A DNA stretch of 62,317 nt, from the NCBI GenBank assembly GCA_026413325.1, contig JANZYW010000003.1, positions 1 to 62,317 of the forward strand, read 5' to 3'. The notes under the pieces are model-generated. The model was not told where the DNA came from. It saw nothing but the letters and a program-made list of their open reading frames with translations, and searched no databases. The number at the start of each line of letters is the position of its first letter. The first letter of the stretch is position 1. Position numbers and translations under genes: made by a program. Below, piece after piece: positions 39,815 to 49,930 of this stretch. Source of the stretch: Bacteroidia bacterium (lineage in GTDB: Bacteria; Bacteroidota; Bacteroidia; SpSt-205).

Positions 39815-40755
39815 TCTCCTTTGAGATTGCCTATCAGGAAGGGAAGAGGAAACTGTCGCTGAGGAGCTATCCAGATGATTCTCTCCGAGGAGCCTAATCT
39901 GGACTGCTTCACCTCTATGGCGGGGGTATGGTGCTCAACGAAGAATGACCTTCTCGCTAATTCCACCGCAGCGACACCCTCCATACCACTTTCGGCAAAA
40001 AATCCAACACAATTCCCTCCTTCGGAAAAAAGGCCTACGCTATCCTTTGCATGGCGCCTAAGGGCTTCTGGGTGGGATATCCTGTCTTTTCTCGGCTGCG
40101 AGTCGGTACGATGGTAGGCCATCATATACCTGTAGAAAGTTTCCCCTTAGCCGCTTTTTCTGCCCTGACAGGCCTGGGGACTACATAGGGAATTCGACCG
40201 ACCTTCTCTCGACTAAGTATGTCGACCCCGCCCTCTTGCATACCCAAAAATCGGATCATGCTTAGCAGGCCAACAGTCCCAAAGATGCCCTCCATAATCC
40301 TAAGCCCAGATAATCCTATTCAGGAAGTTCTCCCGGCCAAATATGAGAGCCAATAAAAGTACTTTACAATCATGCGTTTCTCGGCAATCAATGTGGAGGT
40401 GCAGGAAGCCGAAGGGCTTGAAAATACGATGAGTTTCTATCAGTCGAGATTCTATAAAAGACAGACAGTCATGCAAACTGCCTTCGTAAGAAGTATAAAA
40501 GGGGATATACGACTTGTATCGTTTACCTCCACAACCTACCCAATTCCCTTCCTGGGCATTTGACACCCGAAGGGTGAGGTGGGTCTGGATCTTCCTGGTA
40601 TTAGGAGGAGGATCGATGTAGATTAAGTCTACATCCTTATCCGGTAAGGCATACAGCAAAGGCCAATTATCAGAAAAAACGACGGCTTCTACCTGTTGAG
40701 GATGAGAAAGAAAATCCCGTACAGCTGTTTTGAGCATGGATTCGGCTATTGACAA
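39811..40755 (-). pseudogene. Degraded N6-adenine DNA methyltransferase
   Basis: DLIYIDPP, IIWA*DYG, EKTGYPTQKP and VLD/FFAESG remnants. Premature stops at 40300, 40122 and 40035; frameshifts near 40215 and 40000. Confidence 0.8.
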
Positions 40756-43700
40756 GCCTCACACTCCTCTCCCCCGATTTCTGCATTCCAGCGACAGAGC
40801 AACGCTGAAAGGGAAGCTTCATTTGATCCTTCCAACCCTTTTTCTGAAGGAGAAAGGGCACTCATAGGTATCTCCGCCTTGGAAACGGTGCTTTTCTCTA
40901 TCGCTGACGCACCTAAAGTGCGCAGGTAATAAGTAGTCTTCAGGCCAGTGTGCCAAGCATATCGATACATGTGGCTCAGCTCCTTCATGTCAGGGGTAGC
41001 TAAGAAGAGGTTGAGGGACTGGGCCTGATCTATCCACTTTTGCCGACGGGCAGCTGCATCGATGAGACGGCGCCATGGAATCTGAAAAGCGGTTTTATAT
41101 CGTTCCTTCAAGTGGAGTGGTATGCCCTCTACTTGCGAGAGATCTCCATCGAAGTATTTGAGCTGCTTTCGAATCTCTTCAGTCCAGAGGCCTGCTTCCT
41201 TGAGGTCACGTACTAAATAGGGATTAAGGACCACAAAATCCCCGGAGAGATTGCTTTTTACGTACATATTGCTGTATAGAGGTTCTATGGAAGGAGAGCT
41301 TCCCATGATATTAGATATAGTAGCGGTGGGAGCGATGGCCAGCACATTAGAGTTTCGCATGCCTTGTTGTTGAATCTTAAGACGTAAAGCATCCCAATCT
41401 TTTCTCTTTTTTCTGTCTACTTGGATAGGCAAACCTCGTTCCTGCTCAAGCAGTTCTAAAGTATCGGGGGGAAGGAGTCCTCTATCCCACTTTGAACCTT
41501 TGAAAGAAGGATAAGGCCCGCGTTCCCCTGCGAGGTCCGAAGAGGCAGCGTAAGCCTCATATGCGATAAACTCCATCAGCTCGTCTGCCAGCTCCACCGC
41601 TTCAGAAGAGTCAAAAGCAATACGCTTTGCCATCAGAAGATAGTGCCAACCCATAATCCCCAATCCAATGGGACGATGACGAAGATTGGAGCGACGAGCT
41701 GCCTCGACCGGGTAAAAGTTGATGTCTATGACATTATCTAAAGCCCGGACGGCGATGCGGATAGTCTCTCGAAGGAGTTCCCAATCTATGGAGCCGTCCT
41801 CCCTAAGATGGTTTTCTAAAACAATGGAGCCAAGATTGCAGACAGCAGTCTCTTCGGCGCTGGTATTCAACGTAATCTCCGTGCACAGATTAGAGGAGTG
41901 CACTACTCCCATATGATCTTGAGGACTCCGGATATTCGAGGGGTCTTTGAAGGTCATCCAAGGATGGCCCGTCTCGAAGAGCATGCGAAGCATTTGCTTC
42001 CAGAGCTCTATCGCTTCTATGCGCTGGCCCCATATCTCTCCTTTCTCGGCTTGTTTTTCATAATATTCATATCGTTCCTCAAATGCTTTCCCATATAGCT
42101 CATGGAGATCTGGAACTTCGTTGGAGCGAAACAGGGTCCAGTGTTGGCGGGTCTCCATTCGTTTCATAAAAAGATCGGGGATCCAGCTGGCCGTATTGAG
42201 ATCATGCGTACGACGCCGTTCATCCCCTGTATTGCGACGCAGCTCCAAAAAATCAAAAATATCATTGTGCCAAACCTCCAGGTAAGCGCAGCCAGATCCA
42301 GCCCTCTTACCCCCCTGATTGACAGCGACGAGTTGGTCGTTATGCATCTTGAGAAAGGGGATAACCCCCTGACTTTCACCGTTCGTACCCTTTATATAGG
42401 CACCCGTACCTCGAACCGCTGTCCAGGATCCTCCTAAACCGCCTGCCCACTTCGAGAGAAAGGCATTCTCTGCTATCCCCCGCAGCATGATAGACTCGAT
42501 AGAATCATCTACCTTGTACAAATAGCAAGAAGAAAGCTGCGGCCGAACGGTACCGCTATTGAAGAGGGTAGGAGTAGATGAGCAGAATAAGCGACGCCTG
42601 TATCGATCGTACAAAGCAAGTACTCGACTTTCCCTTTCATCCCCCTCCAGAACGTGAAGCCCCATCGCTACTCGCATCCAGAAAAACTGAGGAGTTTCAA
42701 TTCGACGAGGTCTTTTACTGGTTTTGTCTACAATAAGATATCGGTCATAAAGCGTTTGTATGCCCAAATAAGTAAAGTCTTTATCATAGGTGGGATCTAT
42801 CTCCTGTGAGAGGCGCTGAATATCAAAGTCAAGTAAGCGTGAATCTAATCTTTCAATCGCAACCCCCCGTTCAAGGTAAGGACGAAAGCCTCTTTGATGA
42901 AACTCTGGCAGTGCCTCTGGTCCATGCCTGAGAATATCCCATCCCAATGTTTCCTCATAAATATAACTTAGCAAGATTCTCCCTGCAAATATAGCAAAAT
43001 CAGAGTCATATTCCATGAGGGATTTGGCATTCAATATAAGTGTTTTCTGAAGATTTTCACGAGATATGCCTGAATAAAGGCTTTTACGTAAGGCTGTCTC
43101 GATAGCGGTCTCGGAGAGAGGGAGGGATAGGCCTTGTACAGCGTAAGCGAGACGAGCTCTCAGCTCTGCACCATCCCAGAAGGTGACGCTGCCGTTCGGC
43201 TCGACTACCTCCAAGAGGGAAAGCTGAAGGGGGGCCTGCCTCACCGCTTCCAAGCGTTCCTGTGCTCGCTTAGCCCGATAAAGCGCGTATGCACGAGCGA
43301 TCGCCCAGCGCTCCTCTAACAGTAAAGCCTCTATGACCAGGTCCTGGATGGTTTCTAACTCAACAACAGGGGTCCCTAAGCGGAAGACCCGTTCAGTAAT
43401 GCGCTGGACAAGTCGAGGAATGGGTTCGGGGCTATGACCTACTGCTCGGAAAGCTTTTTCCAATGCTCGGTATATCTTATTTTCCATCCATGGAACTACC
43501 TGCCCAGTCCTGCGACGAACCAGGGGAAGGACACCAAGGGGTTCTTTTTCTCCATGCTCTTGGGCTCGAAGGAGCAAGAAAGCGTATGCTACGACATCTT
43601 GACCCTGTTCAAAAAGACTGCGCGCAATCAAAGCTACGATATCGGCTTCAGTTGGTTTTACCATGGGAGGGAGCTGGTCTAACCAGCTAATCACAGGGCC

Positions 43701-43952
43701 AAGCCAAGCCTGCATGAGCTGACGAAGCTGGTCATAATCCACGGCTTCCTCCAGTCGGGTACTGAGCCAGGCCTGAGCCAGAAGCTTCATGTAAGGATCA
43801 GCCTCGAAGTAATGAGGTACTTCTCCGTTAGCAAGCTCTCGGGGAAAGCTGGTGAGCAGCCCCCAGGCAGAAGACTGCGGCAGGATAAGTACACTGGAGC
43901 GAGCCTGACGGAGACTCTCTTCTATCCAATGAAAGGACAAGGTCGATTGCAT
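40746..43952 (-). CDS. nrdA: Ribonucleoside-diphosphate reductase alpha subunit with multiple ATP-cones
   Basis: STPTLFNSG, QLSSCY, SNLCTEI, AVCNLGS, AIAPTATI, KTTYYLR and C-terminal CEACQ. Confidence 0.96.
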   Translation of the reverse strand: MQSTLSFHWIEESLRQARSSVLILPQSSAWGLLTSFPRELANGEVPHYFEADPYMKLLAQAWLSTRLEEAVDYDQLRQLMQAWLGPVISWLDQLPPMVKPTEADIVALIARSLFEQGQDVVAYAFLLLRAQEHGEKEPLGVLPLVRRRTGQVVPWMENKIYRALEKAFRAVGHSPEPIPRLVQRITERVFRLGTPVVELETIQDLVIEALLLEERWAIARAYALYRAKRAQERLEAVRQAPLQLSLLEVVEPNGSVTFWDGAELRARLAYAVQGLSLPLSETAIETALRKSLYSGISRENLQKTLILNAKSLMEYDSDFAIFAGRILLSYIYEETLGWDILRHGPEALPEFHQRGFRPYLERGVAIERLDSRLLDFDIQRLSQEIDPTYDKDFTYLGIQTLYDRYLIVDKTSKRPRRIETPQFFWMRVAMGLHVLEGDERESRVLALYDRYRRRLFCSSTPTLFNSGTVRPQLSSCYLYKVDDSIESIMLRGIAENAFLSKWAGGLGGSWTAVRGTGAYIKGTNGESQGVIPFLKMHNDQLVAVNQGGKRAGSGCAYLEVWHNDIFDFLELRRNTGDERRRTHDLNTASWIPDLFMKRMETRQHWTLFRSNEVPDLHELYGKAFEERYEYYEKQAEKGEIWGQRIEAIELWKQMLRMLFETGHPWMTFKDPSNIRSPQDHMGVVHSSNLCTEITLNTSAEETAVCNLGSIVLENHLREDGSIDWELLRETIRIAVRALDNVIDINFYPVEAARRSNLRHRPIGLGIMGWHYLLMAKRIAFDSSEAVELADELMEFIAYEAYAASSDLAGERGPYPSFKGSKWDRGLLPPDTLELLEQERGLPIQVDRKKRKDWDALRLKIQQQGMRNSNVLAIAPTATISNIMGSSPSIEPLYSNMYVKSNLSGDFVVLNPYLVRDLKEAGLWTEEIRKQLKYFDGDLSQVEGIPLHLKERYKTAFQIPWRRLIDAAARRQKWIDQAQSLNLFLATPDMKELSHMYRYAWHTGLKTTYYLRTLGASAIEKSTVSKAEIPMSALSPSEKGLEGSNEASLSALLCRWNAEIGGEECEACQ

Positions 43953-43964
43953 ATCCGAAAGATT

Positions 43965-45050
43965 TTATAGCTCATCATCACTAGCGGGAACCAGGGCGGA
44001 AGCTTTTCGATACTCAGTCACCCTCCCTTCGAAGAAATTCTGCTCCTTCCGAATGTCCATCAGCTCGGCAAGCCATGGCAACGTATTTCGAGCGCCAGGA
44101 TATAACGGCTCAAGTCCCACACTTTGGAGACGACGGTTAGCGATATATCGAATGTACTCTATAAACTCTTCTGCCTTGAGCCCAACCGCAGGAAGGGGAA
44201 GGCAATCTCGAATGAACGCAACTTCCAGGTCGACCCCCTCCGCCATGGTTGCCCGCAGCTCCTCCTGGAAGGCAAGCGTCCAAATATCAGGGTTTTCTTC
44301 TATCAACTCCAAGAGAAGGCGACGGAAAAGCTCAATGTGGTTACTCTCATCACGAAGGGTATAGCGAAACATTTGACCGATACCTGGAAACTTCCCTTGT
44401 CGATAGAGACTCAGCACCATCCCAAAAAGCCCATAAAACTGGGTACCTTCCATCACCAGGCCGAAGGTGAAGATATTCCTGGCTAATAGCTGCTTGTTCT
44501 CTGTTTGCTGGAGATCTATATCCCTGCGGAGCGCATGGGAAATGCGCGTGACAAAAGCATTCTTGGCTTGGATAGTGGGAACGTCCACAAACATAGCCTC
44601 ACACTCATAGGGATCAATACCGAGGGAGGAGATCATATAGAGTAAGGAATCTGCATGTACATTTTCTTCATGAGCATGTCGGCCCAGGACGAGCTTGAGC
44701 TCACTGGCTGTCACCAGCTCTCGCACGACATGAATGATGTTATCCCCTACTATCCCTTCCGCCGCTGAAAAGTAGCCCACCGCCATTCGAATAATCCAGC
44801 GGTCGATATCTGATACCTCTGTACTTTTCCACTGGGCTACGTCTTTGTTCATGGGGATATCTTCTGGCTCCCAGTGATTAGCTTTCATCGTACGATAGAG
44901 ATCATATGCCCAGGGATACTTTAGCGGAAGGAGATTGAATGCCATGGTGATGCGACCATTGATGACGCGCTTCTCTGCTATCGCCTGTTCCGCTTTATCT
45001 ACATCGAGTATGAACTCACGTCCGCCGAAGGTGTATGCTCGAGTCGCCAT
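43965..45050 (-). CDS. nrdB: Ribonucleotide reductase beta subunit, class Ic (R2c)-type
   Basis: NHWEPEDI, FSAAEGIV, EENVHADSL, MEGTQFY, RDESNH and KEQNFFEGRVTEY. Confidence 0.93.
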   Translation of the reverse strand: MATRAYTFGGREFILDVDKAEQAIAEKRVINGRITMAFNLLPLKYPWAYDLYRTMKANHWEPEDIPMNKDVAQWKSTEVSDIDRWIIRMAVGYFSAAEGIVGDNIIHVVRELVTASELKLVLGRHAHEENVHADSLLYMISSLGIDPYECEAMFVDVPTIQAKNAFVTRISHALRRDIDLQQTENKQLLARNIFTFGLVMEGTQFYGLFGMVLSLYRQGKFPGIGQMFRYTLRDESNHIELFRRLLLELIEENPDIWTLAFQEELRATMAEGVDLEVAFIRDCLPLPAVGLKAEEFIEYIRYIANRRLQSVGLEPLYPGARNTLPWLAELMDIRKEQNFFEGRVTEYRKASALVPASDDEL

Positions 45051-45411
45051 ACAACGAAGTTAACGGAAGAGCGGCCGATTCCCTCTCTAACCCATCTTGT
45101 GGAAAAGTGGATGGATAGGTGAAAAACACAAAGACGGAAAGTTGTATGTAGAGGCTCAATGCCCTTGATATACTCTCCAGGAAAGAGAGGCGTAGGAAGG
45201 GATATATTCACATCCTTGGAGGCTTTTCCTGACCAGATAGATGACTCTACTGGTACCCTATTTGACTCGAAGAAAGACCGTTTATGTAGATTCGGAGCAA
45301 GGGAAGGCATAACATATAACATAAGTCGGATTCAGCCATGTATTGGACCTCCCCTAATGAACCCAGTGCAGCTGAGAGGGCATGGACCGCATCCAACCCT
45401 ACTCCCCTCCC

Positions 45412-45451
45412 TAAAAAGGAAGAGAGAGGGAGGAGTATCCCTCTCTCTTCC
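45412..45451 (-). terminator. Rho-independent terminator downstream of the T9SS-cargo gene
   Basis: 14-bp perfect stem GGAAGAGAGAGGGA/TCCCTCTCTCTTCC with a 6-nt loop, followed by TTTTTA on the minus strand, about 25 nt past the stop at 45476. Confidence 0.8.
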
Positions 45452-45475
45452 TGCTTGCCGAAAAGCTTCGAAGTC

Positions 45476-46888
45476 TCAATGAATAATGGAAACCTGGAAA
45501 GCTGCTCGCCCCAGTTCGCTTTGTACCCGAAGCAGATAGGTCCCCGCCGAAATATCCTGGACATCCACCACGACTTGAGCCTCTCCGGCGGGTATAGAAT
45601 GCACAGGCCAGCTTTTCACAAAGCGGCCATCCAGCGTGTATAGACTTAGCTGGAGCGAGCAGGAACCTTCACTCTGTAACTTTAGGTGGAAACAGTCAGT
45701 GGTGGGGTTGGGATAAGGGGTCATGAAATGCTGCCTATCACCTCTGATCCAAGTGCCCGTGGTAACATCCTGAGAATACACAATCGGGAAAAGCACCCAG
45801 TTGAGGCCGTTTTTCAAGGGAGGATTATAAGCGACGTGTGTGGGTATCCAGTTAGGCCAGGTAGGTACCAAACCAGACGGCAAAGAATAAAAATCACCCG
45901 ATACCGTATCATAAATAGCCCAGGAAATGAGGCTACGACCGATCCGAGTGGTATCTCCATTGTAGCAAGGATGCGTAGCAGGATTGAAACCTGTATTAGC
46001 GGGTCCGTACAAGAAATACAAAGTATCGGATAAAGTGAAGGAGTTTACATTATATCGCTCAGTACTCAACGCTACATAATACGAAGTAGAGTCCGTTACA
46101 TCTACCGGTGTAGGGAAATACACAAAATCAAAGACCTCTGTTATGCTGGGATTACTCCCCTGCGGGGGAGGACAGTTTGGACCACTATCCCCCAAAATGG
46201 CGTTCCCAATCCGCACATCTGAAAGCGGTTTAGAAACCGTACGAACAGCTGTCGAGGCAGGCACGGTACCCGACCGAGAAGGGCTGTAAAAAGGAGACCC
46301 CCATGTATATGACTGAGAGGCATGTAGGCTGTAAATGAGGGAGTATTCACCGTCTCCATTGTCAGGGACAGGAGCGGCAGTAGTAGGGCTACATGGGTTG
46401 GCAGCAAAATTCACTATCCAGGCGGCTATACCTTTGATGGTCACAGTGCGATTGGTACCTCCCAGATCAGGAGCGATATCATATCGCTCCGCGATAGCCC
46501 CATCTATGTATGCGCACCAGCCGTTGGCCTGGCTTACGGTACCTATTTTGAAACGCTCATTCGAAACAGCGATATAAGCCCCCACCGATTCAAGTGAGTC
46601 AAAGAAAGTACCTACACATGCCGCAGGAGGATTGCTGCGGGTATTGGGTCCTGTTCCGTTACTCAGAAGTGTATCCCCTGCATAGTTCGGATCGTTGGTC
46701 GGGGTTGGGACGATCCTGTAGTCTTGATTAGGGAGAAGCCAGGGGAGACTCTGGGTCCGTAGTTGGGAAGGAACTGTTAGAGGGCGCAAAGCGGGATATC
46801 TAATTGAAGCAGGGAGGGTAAATCCCGCTCCGATTTGCTGAGCCCAAATAAGGGCTGCCAAGCCAGCAGAAAAAAGTATTCGTGACAT
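45476..46888 (-). CDS. T9SS type A sorting-domain secreted protein of unknown function
   Basis: Signal peptide (IWA|Q), Cys/Pro/Thr-rich body and CTD PYPNPT...GTYLLRV...QVSIIH. Confidence 0.8.
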   Translation of the reverse strand: MSRILFSAGLAALIWAQQIGAGFTLPASIRYPALRPLTVPSQLRTQSLPWLLPNQDYRIVPTPTNDPNYAGDTLLSNGTGPNTRSNPPAACVGTFFDSLESVGAYIAVSNERFKIGTVSQANGWCAYIDGAIAERYDIAPDLGGTNRTVTIKGIAAWIVNFAANPCSPTTAAPVPDNGDGEYSLIYSLHASQSYTWGSPFYSPSRSGTVPASTAVRTVSKPLSDVRIGNAILGDSGPNCPPPQGSNPSITEVFDFVYFPTPVDVTDSTSYYVALSTERYNVNSFTLSDTLYFLYGPANTGFNPATHPCYNGDTTRIGRSLISWAIYDTVSGDFYSLPSGLVPTWPNWIPTHVAYNPPLKNGLNWVLFPIVYSQDVTTGTWIRGDRQHFMTPYPNPTTDCFHLKLQSEGSCSLQLSLYTLDGRFVKSWPVHSIPAGEAQVVVDVQDISAGTYLLRVQSELGRAAFQVSIIH

Positions 46889-47786
46889 ATCGCAGCAAAT
46901 GTACTGAAATTACATTCACTATATATATTGCATGCGATAAGTTGGAAAGTTCCAATGTTGAAAAACTGTGTAGCATCGCTACTTTCTATCTGCGACAGAG
47001 AGGGGTAGCTCAAAAACCCATAGCTGCAGTAGAGGTTTTTCCCACCTGGACACCATTTAGGTACACCTTCTGACTGCACGGAAAGACCATCAAGCCTGTC
47101 TATCCATCCCCCCTCCACTCGAGAGCGCAAGAGGGGAGTGGACTCTGCCATAGCGATATCTGGGCAGAAGGGAGTATTCTCGGGAGATATAGTGCACCAC
47201 TTCTACTGGACACTACCACTTCTCCCCGATCAGTTCCTTTTTCTCATATCAATAGCCTATACCGTAGAGTCCTATCGTCGAACTTTACGATGAAAGTATT
47301 CTTCCCCTCCATGGTATCAACCCGTCATAACTACGGAGAAAGCGAGTAACGACTCTGATGAAAGGGTATCCTGTGAGATAGATTCCCACTTCTCCCTTAT
47401 TTTTCTGAGAAAGTAATAGAGTCACTCCTCCCCCCTCCCTCATGGCCCACTGGTGGCTTACAACGAAAACTGCTCATTCCTCCGCCCCTTCAGTTTGTGG
47501 AGGCAGCAGATGAGGTTGTGCTATGAGTAGAACGGGGAAATCCTGGAATCCACTTCGTCCTCTTCCTCGCACAAGGGAGCCTAAGATAATCACAGTCGTA
47601 CCCGTCGCTCCTTTTCCCTCCACGATAGGTGACCCACACGGTAATCCTCCTCTTAGGGGGAACGGACGATGAGCACATTCTACCATCCTCATTTGTAGGG
47701 CATCTAAGGCGGAAAGGCCAGAACAAACTCCGTGGCAGTGGTATACCTCACCGAGGGGGAGAGATATTCTACACTGGCAGCAAGCT

Positions 47787-49697
47787 TCAAAAGGAAAGAC
47801 GAACAAAGAAACTTCTGCCAGGGAAGTCTATGCCCCCAGGCACCCACTGGCGATATAGGCTGAGGTGTGACTGATAACGAGCTCCCAATAGATTCTGTAC
47901 TCCCATACTGAGAGATTTACAGCTGCCAGCGATGTTTACCAAGAAATATCCAGGAGTCCTGACCTCTGTGTTATGGAGTGCATATACACGAAGCTGAGAG
48001 GCATAAAAGAGTACCTCCGGCGTTAGACTCCATGTGCTCCCAGTGACTTGATAGCGAATCTGGAGCCGCAAGGGGGGCATCCGAGGTACGAAGCGATCTT
48101 CTGGATGTTTTGACCGGAGAAATTCTCCTTGTACATAGGACAGGCCTACTATTAGTCCTCTATACTGCCATTCTCCCTCAGCACCGATGAGCCATGCAGC
48201 TCGAACTCCATATGTAAAGACAGCGCCCACAGCCGTGGGCAGCGTATCAGGTAGCCGCTCTACAAATAGATACCGAGGGAAATATTGAACGAAAGGACGC
48301 AGCTCTCCTCCTCTTACTCTGTAAGTCAGCTCTCCAGTCCAAGCCACCTCGGAGGGGAGATTCTTTCGACCCAGCTCATAGCGTTTAGCTCCTTCATGAT
48401 AGCCATTCGCCCATAACTCAGCGGGGTGTGGGATTCGAAAAGAACGGGTTAGTCGAGCAATCCACGTTTTCCTTTCATACGCCAGCTCCGCTGCCCAGTC
48501 CACCAGCGTACGAGGAGAGGCAGCTGTCTCTGCTTTACTTGTCGCTCCGTGCAATCGAGCTCCCATGGCTATGCGACCAAGACCGAGAGCCCAGGCTCGT
48601 CGGAGCCAAACTCCCCCTTCCCCCTGCCATATTCGAGGGAGAAAGGGCGCTTCTCCTCTATCAGTGGTCCGGCGAAAAAAACCTGTTACCCCTCCTTCCC
48701 AGGTTCTCCAACTGTGCGCCATATCCACATCAAGCCGTTGCGTTTCTATACATACTTCGGGTTCGGTCGCATTCTCGCCATATTCCGCCCGTTGGCTCAT
48801 CTGAAGCCCTACCAGGAGGGTCGTCGTGCTTCCCTCCTTATGGGCGTACAGGGTACGCATTTGTCCCCCTGCGGTTGTGATCCGCTGAAAGGGAAGATCT
48901 CGCTGAAAACGCCAAGCTTCCCGTCGGGAAATGAGTCGTTGCTGTGTTTCCGAAAACCACAGCTGTTCTTCTGAATCCCAGATAGGAGAAGGAAGACCGA
49001 TCCCTTCCCGTGAAAAAAATGCTGCGAATTCCACCAGGCCTTGTGCATGGGAAAGCCTCCCAGAGAAAGCGCCATATCCCCCCCGTAAACCTGTATTCCA
49101 CACATACCCTTGTCGAGGGGTATGAAAGTTCTCAGCAGTTCGAACAATCCCTTCCATAAGGAGAAAACGATCGGGTGTGCCCCTTGCGCTTGCGACTTGG
49201 AGCATCCCACCGAGTGGATTGGAATACAGACGAGCCTCCCCCTTCAAGAAAGACCGCTGAGGGATAAGAGGTTGAAAACGCAGCACTCCCCCTATCGCAT
49301 CACTTCCATAGCGAACGCTCTGAGGACCCAACAGGACCTCGGGCTGGAAAGTCATCCAGGTAGGAGGGCTCTCATACCCGTGATCTTCGCCCCAGTAGGC
49401 TCCTTCACGGGGAAGCCCACCGAAGAGCCATAAAACACGGGTGTAGCTATGGCCCCGTAATACGGGCCTTCCCGTCAATGCCCCTGTCTGTATCCAGTCA
49501 ACCCCTGGTGTACTCCGCAGAAGCTCACCCAGTGACAACTCTCCTCCCAAGGCTCCCCGAACCTCTAAAGGCCTTAGCAAGGGCACCCGTTCCGCTTGAA
49601 GGGTCACCGCATCAAGCTCCAAGTACCCAAGAGTATCATCGGGGGAAGTTTGTGCCCAGAGAAGGGTCCCCGTAAGCAGAAAAAAAGCTACTCGCAC
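47787..49697 (-). CDS. TonB-dependent receptor (probably metal uptake)
   Basis: LDAVTL TonB-box-like segment, plug motifs (GRPVLRG, WGEDHG, GPQSVRYGSDAIGGV), ANGYHEG, YQSHLS and C-terminal Phe. Confidence 0.85.
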   Translation of the reverse strand: MRVAFFLLTGTLLWAQTSPDDTLGYLELDAVTLQAERVPLLRPLEVRGALGGELSLGELLRSTPGVDWIQTGALTGRPVLRGHSYTRVLWLFGGLPREGAYWGEDHGYESPPTWMTFQPEVLLGPQSVRYGSDAIGGVLRFQPLIPQRSFLKGEARLYSNPLGGMLQVASARGTPDRFLLMEGIVRTAENFHTPRQGYVWNTGLRGGYGAFSGRLSHAQGLVEFAAFFSREGIGLPSPIWDSEEQLWFSETQQRLISRREAWRFQRDLPFQRITTAGGQMRTLYAHKEGSTTTLLVGLQMSQRAEYGENATEPEVCIETQRLDVDMAHSWRTWEGGVTGFFRRTTDRGEAPFLPRIWQGEGGVWLRRAWALGLGRIAMGARLHGATSKAETAASPRTLVDWAAELAYERKTWIARLTRSFRIPHPAELWANGYHEGAKRYELGRKNLPSEVAWTGELTYRVRGGELRPFVQYFPRYLFVERLPDTLPTAVGAVFTYGVRAAWLIGAEGEWQYRGLIVGLSYVQGEFLRSKHPEDRFVPRMPPLRLQIRYQVTGSTWSLTPEVLFYASQLRVYALHNTEVRTPGYFLVNIAGSCKSLSMGVQNLLGARYQSHLSLYRQWVPGGIDFPGRSFFVRLSF

Positions 49698-49701
49698 AAT
49701 G

Positions 49702-49728
49702 CAAAGTTAGCATAACTTTTTTTATGCT
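49702..49728 (-). promoter_or_regulatory. -7 promoter element with overlapping palindromic operator candidates
   Basis: TAACTTTG (49702-49709) is 4 nt before the GTG. AAAGTTA-gca-TAACTTT and AGCATAA...TTATGCT inverted repeats overlap it. Confidence 0.55.
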
Positions 49729-49930
49729 TACAAAAAAGTCGGGCTGTAGCTTCATGGGGAGGAAGTTTAGCCTTGCCAAAGGATAGGATGGCACCCCATC
49801 TATTTTTTGATAAGGCTACAGACTTCATTAGTCTCTACCACGCCCGGAGAAAAGCCATGGCCTCACACCCGATTACGGGCTTCCGGTATACCTCTTATAC
49901 CTCTTGGTAAAGCCTAAGAATCTGATAAGG

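Noticed and set aside
39236-40302. In-frame TAG/TGA codons as stop-codon reassignment, pyrrolysine or selenocysteine
   Set aside because: TAG and TGA end many intact genes in the window. The upstream MTase also has frameshifts, so pseudogenisation is the simpler explanation.
45110-45410. Possible cobalamin riboswitch or small ORFs upstream of nrdB
   Set aside because: No recognisable B12-box is present, the promoter-like element abuts the nrdB ATG leaving no leader, and the ORFs lack protein-like features.
46916-46931. NrdR-box-like palindrome TCACTATATATATTGC
   Set aside because: It is a single copy, about 1.9 kb from nrdB, upstream of an unrelated T9SS cargo gene with a terminator in between. 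It may simply be an AT-rich promoter sequence.
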